Assembly (NCBI GenBank): GCA_031459875.1 | Contig: JAVKHQ010000042.1 | Span: 1-18,597, forward strand | Reading direction: 5' to 3' | Source: Candidatus Fervidifonticultor sextus | Lineage (GTDB): Bacteria > Sysuimicrobiota > Sysuimicrobiia > Sysuimicrobiales > Humicultoraceae | DNA length: 18,597 nt | In this document: in pieces, positions 1 to 8,027 of the stretch | How the letters are laid out: the number at the start of each line of letters is the position of its first letter | Position numbering within the stretch: position 1 is the stretch's first letter | The notes under the pieces: generated by a model | Seen by the model: only the letters and a program-made list of their open reading frames with translations | The model's database searches: none | Told to the model about the DNA's origin: nothing | Position numbers and translations under genes: made by a program

Positions 1-718
1 CGATCTGGCGGCCGTAGTCCATGGCGATCAGGCGGTCGCAGAGGTCCATGACGACCCCCATGTCGTGCTCGATGAGGATCATGGGCAGGCCGCGCACCTC
101 CCGCAGTTCCAGGATGTAGCGTGCGATGTCGGCCTTCTCGTCTGCGGTCATCCCGGCCATCGGCTCATCCAGGAGCAGCAGCTTCGGCTCCATGGCCAGC
201 GCCCGGCCCAGCTCGACCTTCTTCTGGATTCCATAGGCCAGTTCGGCGACGCGGTGGCTGCGGTAGGGTTCCAGCTCCAGGAAGTCGATGATCTCCTCCA
301 CCCGACGTCGGTGCTCGACCAGTTCACGCTCCGCACGCCCCCAGTAGATCCCGCTGGCCAGCAGCCCGGCGCGCATGTGGATGGTGCGACCCGAGGTGAT
401 GTTGGCCAGCACGGTCATCCCTGGATAGAGCGCGTTGTTCTGGAACGTGCGAGCGATCCCCAGCGACGCCCGCAGGTGGGGGGGCATGCGCGTGATCTCG
501 CGCCCGGCAAACGTGATCCGACCTGCCTGCGGATGGTAGAAGCCGTTGATGCAGTTCAGGACGCTGGTCTTGCCGGCTCCGTTGGGTCCGATAATCCCCA
601 GCAGCTCGCCGGGCCGCAGGGTGAAGGAGAAGCGGTCGATGGCGGTCACGCCGGTGAACCTGAGTGAGATCCCCTCCACCGCGAGAATGATATCCGCCGG
701 CGGGACGCGGCGCTCCAT
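1..718 (-). CDS. Branched-chain amino acid (Liv-type) ABC transporter ATP-binding protein, LivG-like; C-terminus runs off the window
   Basis: Not in the ORF track. Manual translation from ATG at 718: MERRVPPADIILAVEGISLRFTGVTAIDRFSF..GIIGPNGAGKT (Walker A)..GIARTFQN..LAYGIQKKVELGRALAMEPKLLLLDEPMAG (Walker B)..LIEHDMGVVMDLCDRLIAMDYGRQI. Frame is open to the window edge. Confidence 0.9.
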   Translation of the reverse strand, partial: MERRVPPADIILAVEGISLRFTGVTAIDRFSFTLRPGELLGIIGPNGAGKTSVLNCINGFYHPQAGRITFAGREITRMPPHLRASLGIARTFQNNALYPGMTVLANITSGRTIHMRAGLLASGIYWGRAERELVEHRRRVEEIIDFLELEPYRSHRVAELAYGIQKKVELGRALAMEPKLLLLDEPMAGMTADEKADIARYILELREVRGLPMILIEHDMGVVMDLCDRLIAMDYGRQI

Positions 719-806
719 TTGGGGGGAGGAATACGGCCCCCGAGCACTGGAACCCTTCAGGAGGTCGCGCAGGGGCGGTGCGGCCCCTCTGGAAGGGGAG
801 TCCGTG

Positions 807-2054
807 GTGGAGGAGGTCTGGCACCCAGCCGAACGGTGGAGCGAGCCGCAGCGGCTGGCCTGGCAGGAGCGCCGGCTGCGGGAGGTGGTCCTGGCCGCGC
901 TCCCGCATGCACCGGCGCTGCGGGAGCGGCTGGATGCGGCCGGGCTGCGGCCGGAGGCCCTGACCCTGGCCCACGTCGGCGGCCTGCCGGTGCTCCGCAA
1001 AGACTCCCTGCCCGGGGCACAGCGCCAGACGCCACCGTTTGGCGGCTGGCTGGGGGTGCCCCTCGGAGACCTGGGCCGGGTGTTTCGGTCGCCGGGCCCG
1101 ATCTTCGATCCTGAAGGCCGCCAGGATGACTACTGGCGATTTGCGCCGGCGCTCTTCGCCGCCGGCATCCGGCCCGGCGACATGGTGCTCAACACGTTCT
1201 CCTACCACCTCACGCCGGCCGGCCACATGTTCGACGGCGCGCTGCGGGCGTTGGGGTGTCCGGTCGTCCCCTCCGGACCCGGGGGGACCGAAACCCAATT
1301 GCAGGTGCTGGCCACCCTGCCGGTGGCCGGATACGTGGGTACCCCGAGTTACCTGGCGACGTTGCTGGAGGCCGCGGAGGCCTCGGGTGTCCAGGTCGGC
1401 GTGCGCGTGGCGTTCGTCATCGCCGAGATGCTGCCGGAGTCGCTGCGGGGGCGCCTGGAGGAGCGATACGGAGTCCGCATCAGCCAGGGCTACGGCACCG
1501 CGGACCTGGGATCGGTCGCGTACGAGTGCGCCTCGCGGTCGGGCATGCACGTGTGGTACGAGCACATCGTCGAACTCGTAGACCCGCACACCGGCGCGCC
1601 CGCCGAAGCGGGCACCCCGGGGGAGGTGGTCGTTACGACCCTCAACCCGGTCTACCCGCTGCTGCGGTTTGGGACCGGCGATCTGGCCGTGATGGCCGAG
1701 GGCCCCTGTCCGTGCGGGCGTCCGGGCCCGCGCCTGGCCCGCATCCTCGGCCGTGTGGGCGAGGCGGTCAAGGTGCGGGGGATGTTCGTCCATCCCGCCG
1801 AGGTGGACCGGATCGTGGCCCGGCACCCGGAGGCGGCGCGCTATCAGGTCGTGGTCTCGCGCACCGGGCACCAGGACGACATGCTCGTGCGCGTCGAGGT
1901 CCGATCGGATGCGGCGGTGACGCCAGACCTCCGCGACCGCCTGCGCCAGAGCCTGACAGAGGGACTGCGACTGCGGTGCGATGTCGAACTCGTGGCCTCC
2001 GGCGCTCTGGAAGCCGACGCGAGGAAGATCGTCGATCAACGCCGGTGGGATTGA
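807..2054 (+). CDS. Phenylacetate-CoA ligase (PaaK)-like AMP-forming acyl/aryl-CoA ligase
   Basis: C-terminal part of ORF 546..2054. GTG at 807 (or 804) follows SD-like GAAGGGGAG at 792-800. Motifs LPVLRKD, GTPSYL, QGYGTADLG, YPLLRFGTGDL, KVRGMFVHP and terminal KIVDQR match the PaaK family. Substrate not determinable. Confidence 0.8.
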   Translation: MEEVWHPAERWSEPQRLAWQERRLREVVLAALPHAPALRERLDAAGLRPEALTLAHVGGLPVLRKDSLPGAQRQTPPFGGWLGVPLGDLGRVFRSPGPIFDPEGRQDDYWRFAPALFAAGIRPGDMVLNTFSYHLTPAGHMFDGALRALGCPVVPSGPGGTETQLQVLATLPVAGYVGTPSYLATLLEAAEASGVQVGVRVAFVIAEMLPESLRGRLEERYGVRISQGYGTADLGSVAYECASRSGMHVWYEHIVELVDPHTGAPAEAGTPGEVVVTTLNPVYPLLRFGTGDLAVMAEGPCPCGRPGPRLARILGRVGEAVKVRGMFVHPAEVDRIVARHPEAARYQVVVSRTGHQDDMLVRVEVRSDAAVTPDLRDRLRQSLTEGLRLRCDVELVASGALEADARKIVDQRRWD

Positions 2055-2063
2055 CGGCGCGCG

Positions 2064-2092
2064 TTGACACCCCCAGGGCCCCGTGCTAGATT
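2064..2092 (+). promoter_or_regulatory. sigma70/sigmaA-type promoter for the lysA operon
   Basis: TTGACA at 2064-2069, 17-bp spacer, extended -10 TG at 2084-2085 and TAGATT at 2087-2092, inside the 50-bp gap before lysA. Confidence 0.85.
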
Positions 2093-2104
2093 GGCGATGA
2101 TTTG

Positions 2105-3445
2105 ATGCATCTGGCGCGGCTCCACGGATTTGACGTCGACGCCCGCGGTCACCTGATTATCGGCGGTGTGTCCGCAGCCGACCTTGCCGCCAGGTTCGGG
2201 ACCCCCCTGCACGTGATCGACGAGGCGCGGATGCGCACCAACTGCCGCGCCTACGTGGAGGCCATGCAGGCGCACGCCCCGGGCCCGAGCCGGGTGCTCT
2301 TCGCGTCGAAGGCGCTCTGCACCATCGCCACGTGTCAGGTGGCCTTCGACGAGGGGCTCGGCATCGACGTGGTGAGCGCGGGAGAAATCTACACGGCGCT
2401 GCAGGCCAGGGTGCCGGCGGAGGCGCTGTACTTCCACGGGAGCAACAAGACGCCCGAGGAGATCGCCTACGGGCTGGAGGTGGGTGTCGGTCGGTTCATC
2501 GTGGACAACGAGCACGAGCTGGCGACCCTTGACCGCCTGGCCCGCGAGCGCGGCCGCCGCGCCGACATCCTGCTCCGCCTGACCCCGGGGATCGAGCCGC
2601 ACACCCACAAGGCGATCCAGACCGGCGGGGTGGACTCCAAGTTCGGGTTCGGCATGGCCGGCCCATCCGCGGAGGACGCCGTGCGCGCCGCCCTGGCCAT
2701 GAGGGGCGTGCGCCTGCGCGGCCTGCACTGCCACATCGGGTCGCAGATTCTGGACCTGGAGCCGTTCGTGATGGCCGCGCGCGCCCTGGTGTCGTTCGCG
2801 GCCGAGCTGCGCTCGGGCGGGTTCGTGCTGGAGGAGCTCAACCTGGGCGGAGGTCTGGGCATCCGCTACCTGCCGGAGCACACGCCGCCGACCCGGGAGG
2901 CCTACGTCAAGGCCATCATGGACACGGTGCGGGACCTGCTGGCCCGCTATGACATGCCGACGCCTACCGTGCTGATCGAGCCCGGGCGCTCGATCGTGGG
3001 AGACGCCGGGGTGACGCTCTACACCGTGGGCGCGATCAAGCGGATTCCCGGCGTGCGGACCTACGCGTCCGTGGACGGCGGCATGTACGAGAATCCCCGG
3101 CCGGCTCTCTACGGCGCCCGGTACTCAGCGGTGGTGGCCACGCGCGCCGACGCCCCGCCCACCCAGCGGGTCACGGTGGCCGGTCGGTGCTGCGAGTCCG
3201 GTGACGTTCTCATCTGGGATGCTGACCTGCCCGAGGTCCGCACGGGCGACCTGCTGGCGGTGTTCGCCACCGGCGCCTACACGTATTCGATGGCGGGCAA
3301 CTACAACCGGTATCCGCGGCCAGCGGTGGTCTTCGCGCGCGAGGGCGCCGCTCAGATCGCGGTCGAGCGCGAGACCTCGGCCGACCTGGTCCGACACGAC
3401 CGTCCGCTGACCCATCCGGTCAGCGGGCCGGCGCGGGGCCGATGA
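2105..3445 (+). CDS. lysA: Diaminopimelate decarboxylase
   Basis: FGTPLHVIDE, FASKA (PLP lysine), DVVSAGE, HGSNK, DSKFG, HCHIGSQ, LNLGGGLG, EPGRSIV, GRCCESGD, TGAYTYSMAGNYNR. Start ATG 2105 (in-frame TTG at 2102). Confidence 0.95.
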   Translation: MHLARLHGFDVDARGHLIIGGVSAADLAARFGTPLHVIDEARMRTNCRAYVEAMQAHAPGPSRVLFASKALCTIATCQVAFDEGLGIDVVSAGEIYTALQARVPAEALYFHGSNKTPEEIAYGLEVGVGRFIVDNEHELATLDRLARERGRRADILLRLTPGIEPHTHKAIQTGGVDSKFGFGMAGPSAEDAVRAALAMRGVRLRGLHCHIGSQILDLEPFVMAARALVSFAAELRSGGFVLEELNLGGGLGIRYLPEHTPPTREAYVKAIMDTVRDLLARYDMPTPTVLIEPGRSIVGDAGVTLYTVGAIKRIPGVRTYASVDGGMYENPRPALYGARYSAVVATRADAPPTQRVTVAGRCCESGDVLIWDADLPEVRTGDLLAVFATGAYTYSMAGNYNRYPRPAVVFAREGAAQIAVERETSADLVRHDRPLTHPVSGPARGR

Positions 3446-4062
3446 TCTTCGGCAGGGACCCCTCGGGCCTGCTCCTGTCCATCCCGGCGATCCTGGTCGC
3501 GCTCGCGGTCCACGAGTACGCGCACGCCTGGATGGCCGACCGTCTCGGTGATCCCACGCCGCGCCTCCAGGGCCGGCTGACGCTGAACCCGATCGTCCAC
3601 CTCGATCTGCTCGGCACCCTCCTGCTGCTCGTGGCCGGATTCGGGTGGGCGAAGCCCGTCCAGGTGAACCCTCAGTACTTTCCGAACGTGCGCGGCGGGA
3701 TGCTGGCCGTCGCCGCCGCCGGACCCCTGTCCAACGTCACCCTGGCCTTCATCGCGGGGTCGCTGATCCAGACGGGGGTGATGGAGCGCTCCACGCTGGC
3801 GGGAGGCCTGGTGCTCGTCCTGATTTACTTCAACGTCCTGCTGGCGGTGTTCAACCTGCTGCCGGTACCTCCGCTGGACGGATCACGGATCCTCTCGGCA
3901 CTGCTCCCGCCCCACCAGGCGCTGACCTATAGTCGGCTGGCGGCCTACGGGCCTCTCCTCCTCCTGCTGTTGATCGTGCTGCCCGGCCGGATCTTCTGGT
4001 CCATTCTGGGCCCGCCGATCTCCTGGTTGGTCCGCCTGGCGGCCGGACCGGGGGCGATCTAG
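3442..4062 (+). CDS. Site-2 protease family (peptidase M50) intramembrane zinc metalloprotease
   Basis: HEYAH zinc motif, LGDPTP..GRLTLNP, GFGWAKPV, AGPLSN, FNLLPVPPLDG; several hydrophobic segments; ATGA overlap with lysA stop. Confidence 0.93.
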   Translation: MIFGRDPSGLLLSIPAILVALAVHEYAHAWMADRLGDPTPRLQGRLTLNPIVHLDLLGTLLLLVAGFGWAKPVQVNPQYFPNVRGGMLAVAAAGPLSNVTLAFIAGSLIQTGVMERSTLAGGLVLVLIYFNVLLAVFNLLPVPPLDGSRILSALLPPHQALTYSRLAAYGPLLLLLLIVLPGRIFWSILGPPISWLVRLAAGPGAI

Positions 4063-4823
4063 TGGGCGGGGAGCCGCACCGGTCTGCGCTGCGGGGCCCC
4101 TCGGCCGGGTACACCGTGAAGGTGCCGGGCTTCGAGGGTCCGCTCGACCTCCTGGTCACGCTGGCCCACCAGGGGAGGATCGACCTTGGGGCGATCTCGC
4201 TCGCGGACCTGACCGCGGAGTTCCTCGACCGGACCACGCACGCCCTCGACCTGAACGAGGCCACGGAAGCGCTGTGGATGCTGGCGGCGCTGGTGGAGAT
4301 GAAGGCCAAACTCCTGTTGCCGAAGCCTCCACCGCCGGAGCCGCTGCCCGAGACCGGGGCCAGCGACTTGGCCGAGCGCCTCGAGGAAAAACTCGGCGAG
4401 TACCGCGCCTTCCAAGAGGCGGCCGACGCGCTCAAAGCGCTGGAGGAGATCCAGCAGCGGATCTTCGTGCGCGACCCGCAGGCCGACCCGGCCGACCTGC
4501 TGCTGGAGGGCCTCACGGTTGCCGACCTGTTCCAGGCCTTCCAGGCTGTGCTGACCCGTGCCCGCGAGGAACGCGCCGCCGAGGTGGCCGACGAGCCAGT
4601 CCGGGTCGCCGACCGCATGGCCGCCATCCTGGCCACCGTCAGGCGGTCGCCCGGGGGGATCGAGTTTGCGGCGCTATTCCCCGGGCGCGTGACCACCGTC
4701 TTCGTGGTGGTGACGTTCCTGGCCCTGCTGGAGTTGATCAAGGAGCGCCTGGTGCGGGTCCAGCAGGCGTCTCCGCTGGCGCCGATCCGGGTCATGGCGG
4801 CCGCGGGAGACATGGCAGGATAA
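4062..4823 (+). CDS. scpA: Segregation and condensation protein A (SMC kleisin)
   Basis: N-terminal FEGPLDLL, central MKAKLLLP, C-terminal VVTFLALLELIK; adjacent to scpB. GTG start overlaps the upstream TAG. Confidence 0.93.
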   Translation: MGGEPHRSALRGPSAGYTVKVPGFEGPLDLLVTLAHQGRIDLGAISLADLTAEFLDRTTHALDLNEATEALWMLAALVEMKAKLLLPKPPPPEPLPETGASDLAERLEEKLGEYRAFQEAADALKALEEIQQRIFVRDPQADPADLLLEGLTVADLFQAFQAVLTRAREERAAEVADEPVRVADRMAAILATVRRSPGGIEFAALFPGRVTTVFVVVTFLALLELIKERLVRVQQASPLAPIRVMAAAGDMAG

Positions 4824-4845
4824 CGCAGGGCCGTTCGCGACACGC

Positions 4846-5472
4846 GTGGCATCGCACATCAACAGCACAGCCATGGACCAGGAGCCGCCCGTTGAGATCC
4901 ACCTCTCCCAGGCCGTCCCGCCGGCCGAAGACGGCGAGCAGGCGTCGGCCCTGGCGGCAGCCGTCGAGTGCCTGCTGTTTGTGGCCGACCGTCCGATCGC
5001 CCCAGAACGCCTGGCCGAGGCCCTGGCGGCACCGGTCCCCGCCGTGCACGCAGCCCTCGAACACCTCCGTCGGCGCCTGGCAGACGGCGGCCTGATGCTC
5101 CAGGCGGTCGCCGGTGGCTATCAGCTCGCGACGCGGCCCGAGCATGCCGACTGCGTTCGCCGCTTCCTCCAGAAGGAACACGCCGAGCGGCTCACGCGGG
5201 GCGCCCTGGAGACCCTGGCGGTGATCGCATACCGACAGCCCGTCACGCGGGGCGAGATCGAGCAGATCAGGGGCGTCCGCAGCGACTGGCACATCGAACG
5301 GCTGCTGGAGCGGCAGCTGATCCGGGAGGTGGGCCGGCGCCCCACCCTGGGCCGCCCGGTCCTCTTCGGCACCACAGACCTGTTTCTCCGGTACTTCGGG
5401 CTACGCGACCTCTCCGACCTGCCACCGGTGGGCGACCGGGGCGTGGGGGCCCTGCCCGACGTAGGGCGATGA
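4846..5472 (+). CDS. scpB: Segregation and condensation protein B
   Basis: AVECLLFVA, VAGGYQLATRPE, LETLAVIAYRQPVTRGEIEQIRGV, GRPVLFGTTDLFLRYFGLRDLSDLP. Start uncertain (GTG 4846 or ATG 4873). Confidence 0.93.
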   Translation: MASHINSTAMDQEPPVEIHLSQAVPPAEDGEQASALAAAVECLLFVADRPIAPERLAEALAAPVPAVHAALEHLRRRLADGGLMLQAVAGGYQLATRPEHADCVRRFLQKEHAERLTRGALETLAVIAYRQPVTRGEIEQIRGVRSDWHIERLLERQLIREVGRRPTLGRPVLFGTTDLFLRYFGLRDLSDLPPVGDRGVGALPDVGR

Positions 5473-6545
5473 GGGTCCGGGCGCTGGCCGCGACGGTGGG
5501 GCTCGCAGCGCTGCTCGCCGCGGCGCCGGAGGCGCTGGGTTCGGTCCGCCCCGCCGCCCTCCAGCTCGGTGCGGCGGCGGCCGTGCTGGCCGACGTCCGC
5601 ACCGGACGCATCCTGTATGATCGCGACATGCACCGGCCGCTGCCGCCGGCATCCACGACGAAGATCCTGACGGCGACCCTGGTGCTGGAGCGGCTCCCCC
5701 TGGACCGGGCACTGACGGTCGGCGGCATCCCTGCCGGGATGCGGACCGGCACTACGGTGGGACTCCGGGCGGGAGAGCGCTGGACCGTCCGCGAGCTACT
5801 GGTGGCGATGCTCGTGGGCTCGGCCAACGACGCCGCGCTCGCCCTGGCCGAGGGAGTCTCAGGCAGCGTGGAGGCCTTCGTCGCCTTGATGAACGCCAGG
5901 GCCAGGCAGCTCGGTGCCCGGCGGAGCCACTTCGTCAACCCCCACGGGTTGCATGATCCGGCGCATGTCGGCACGGCCTACGATCTGATGGTGATCACCC
6001 GGCATGCCCTGCACCATCCGGCGCTGGCCGCGACGGTCCGGATGCCGGCCTTCATCCTACAGCGCGCCGACCGGCCGCCGCAGGTGTTGGCGAACACCAA
6101 CCGGCTGCTCGCGCGCTATCCCGGGGCTGACGGCGTCAAGACCGGCTGGACCGCAGCCGCCGGGCAGACCCTGGTGGCCTCGGCGACACGGGAGGGATGG
6201 CAGTTGCTGGCCGTGGTGCTGCGCAGCGGCGACATGTACCGCGACGCGGCCCACCTCCTGGACTACGGGTTTGCGACCTTCGCGCCCGTCCGGGTCGCCG
6301 GCCGGGGTCAGGCCCTGGCCACCATCATCGTCGGACCGCGCAGGGAGCCTCTGCCCGCCGTGGTCCCCGCTGAGGTCGTCGCGGTGGTGCGGCGGGGCGC
6401 CGCGGTGTCGCCCCGGGTGACGCTGCGGGGGGACCTGCGCCCACCGATCGCGGCGGGCGCGCCGGTGGGCGAGGTCCGGTTCCTGGAGGGCCGGGACGTG
6501 GTGGCGCACTCCGTGCTGGTGGCGGCCCGGTCCGTGCACCGGTAG
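5469..6545 (+). CDS. D-alanyl-D-alanine carboxypeptidase (peptidase S11, DacB/DacF-like)
   Basis: C-terminal 358 aa of ORF 4968..6545; ATG 5469 overlaps scpB TGA. Signal-peptide-like N-terminus, PASTTK (SxxK), SAND (SxN), NPHGL, KTG, and PBP5-type C-terminal domain (PPIAAGAPVG). Confidence 0.92.
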   Translation: MRVRALAATVGLAALLAAAPEALGSVRPAALQLGAAAAVLADVRTGRILYDRDMHRPLPPASTTKILTATLVLERLPLDRALTVGGIPAGMRTGTTVGLRAGERWTVRELLVAMLVGSANDAALALAEGVSGSVEAFVALMNARARQLGARRSHFVNPHGLHDPAHVGTAYDLMVITRHALHHPALAATVRMPAFILQRADRPPQVLANTNRLLARYPGADGVKTGWTAAAGQTLVASATREGWQLLAVVLRSGDMYRDAAHLLDYGFATFAPVRVAGRGQALATIIVGPRREPLPAVVPAEVVAVVRRGAAVSPRVTLRGDLRPPIAAGAPVGEVRFLEGRDVVAHSVLVAARSVHR

Positions 6546-6576
6546 CCGTCGGGCGCGGCCGCCGGGCAGGGAGACC

Positions 6577-7155
6577 GTGAAGGCCGAGCGCGCGAAGTGG
6601 GAAGCCCGGTACCGGGCCGGGGACCGGCCGCACGACGGCCCGCCTTCGAGTCTGCTGCGGCGCTGGCTGTCCCGGCTGCCCCGCGGCCGCGCCCTCGACG
6701 TCGCCACCGGCTTCGGCCGCAACGCCATCTTCCTGGCCAGGGCTGGCTACCGCGTGGACGCCATCGACATCGCGCCCACGTGTCTGCGCGAGGCGGCCCG
6801 CCGGGCCCGGCGGGCCGGCGTGCGCGTGCGGTGGATCGAGGCCGACCTCGACGTCTATCCATTGCCCCGGGCACGCTATGATGTGGTCGTGAATGCCTTC
6901 TTCCTCAAGCGCCGCCTCTTCCCGGCGCTCCAGGCGGCGGTGAAACCCGGAGGCGTCCTGATCGTGGAGACCCACCTGGAGTCCTCCGATCCCGACGACG
7001 GATCTGGCACATCGCGGCACCGCCTGCGTCGGGGCGAACTCTGCCGGCGGTTCCGCGGCTGGGAGATCATGGAACTGGAGGAGGGGCGCTTCCGGGAGGG
7101 GGGCCGGTCGTGGCTGCTGGGCCGCATCGTGGCGCGACGGCCGCCGGCCAGATGA
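6577..7155 (+). CDS. Class I SAM-dependent methyltransferase (TehB-like)
   Basis: KWEARY, motif I ALDVATGFGRNA, DAIDIA, IEADLD, YDVVV, VKPGGVLI. SD-like AGGGAG before GTG. Confidence 0.85.
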   Translation: MKAERAKWEARYRAGDRPHDGPPSSLLRRWLSRLPRGRALDVATGFGRNAIFLARAGYRVDAIDIAPTCLREAARRARRAGVRVRWIEADLDVYPLPRARYDVVVNAFFLKRRLFPALQAAVKPGGVLIVETHLESSDPDDGSGTSRHRLRRGELCRRFRGWEIMELEEGRFREGGRSWLLGRIVARRPPAR

Positions 7156-7159
7156 GGCG

Positions 7160-8023
7160 GTGACCCGCCCGGCCCGGCGGCTCGCCGGGTGGCTGGCCGC
7201 CTCGCTGGCACTGATCGCCGGCGCGCCCTTCGACGGGTTTCCGGTGACCATCCGCGACGCCACCGGCACGGTCGTGGTGATTCCGACCGCGCCCCGGCGC
7301 ATCGTCTCGCTGGCCCCCAGCGTGACCGAGATCCTGTTCGCCCTCGGGCTCGACCGGGAGGTCGTGGGCGTCAGCGACGCCGACGACTACCCTCCGGACA
7401 AGGTGCGCGCCAGGGCGCGGATCGGCGGCGTCATCATCAACGCCGAGGGCGTAATCGCCCTGCGGCCCGACCTGGTGATCGGGATGCCAAGCCTCCAGCG
7501 CGACCAGCTCGCGCGGCTGCGGGCCCTGCGTCTGCCCGTCCTGGCCGTGGACGCCGCTTCCGTGGACGAGACCATCAGCCAGATCAGGCTGCTGGGCCGC
7601 GCCACCGGACGCCCAGAGGCAGCCCGTGCGCTGGCCGAGGCGCTGGAGGGACGCGCGCATCAGGTGCGCCCCGCCGTCCGCCGCACCGTCTACATCGAGG
7701 CGTGGAACGAGCCGATCCTGGCGGTCGGCAGAGGCACGCTGGCCGACGACATGGTCCGGCGGGCCGGGGGGATCAACATCTTCGGCGACCGGCAGGGCTA
7801 CACCCAGGTGCCCGCAGAGATGGTGCTCGCTCGGGACCCCCAGGTGGTCCTCATGCTGTATCCGGGCAAGGGGCGCCTGCGCACCCGGCCCGGATGGCGG
7901 GCGATGGACGCGGTGCGGGCCGACCGCATCTACGAACTGCCGACCTCGCTGGTGAGCCGGCCCGGACCGCGGGTCGCCGACGGCCTGGCCCTGGTCGCCC
8001 GCCTCCTCCAGGCCGGGCCCTAG
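7160..8023 (+). CDS. btuF: Cobalamin/Fe-siderophore-type ABC substrate-binding protein (BtuF-like)
   Basis: FPVTIRDATG, RRIVSLAPSVTEILFALG, DDYPP, LRPDLVI, AGGINIF, SRPGPRV. Cobalamin specificity is inferred from family motifs and the neighbouring ATPase. Confidence 0.75.
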   Translation: MTRPARRLAGWLAASLALIAGAPFDGFPVTIRDATGTVVVIPTAPRRIVSLAPSVTEILFALGLDREVVGVSDADDYPPDKVRARARIGGVIINAEGVIALRPDLVIGMPSLQRDQLARLRALRLPVLAVDAASVDETISQIRLLGRATGRPEAARALAEALEGRAHQVRPAVRRTVYIEAWNEPILAVGRGTLADDMVRRAGGINIFGDRQGYTQVPAEMVLARDPQVVLMLYPGKGRLRTRPGWRAMDAVRADRIYELPTSLVSRPGPRVADGLALVARLLQAGP

Positions 8024-8027
8024 CGCT

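Noticed and set aside
546..806. N-terminal extension of the PaaK-like ORF; likewise extensions 4968-5468, 11276-11332, 12879-12920, 13716-13826 and 17316-17390
   Set aside because: They overlap neighbouring genes; better starts with SD, stop-start coupling or correctly placed signal peptides lie downstream.
324..2039. 571-aa - strand ORF and other long alternative-frame ORFs (e.g. 7067..8551, 9172..10542, 11571..12866, 13772..15457, 15360..17384)
   Set aside because: They overlap well-supported genes, have no recognisable motifs, and are the expected stop-poor shadows of high-GC coding DNA.
4062..5472. scpA/scpB as a Wadjet/MksBEF-type defence system
   Set aside because: Sequences are canonical ScpA/ScpB in housekeeping context, with no adjacent SMC-like ATPase or JetD nuclease; smc is commonly unlinked.
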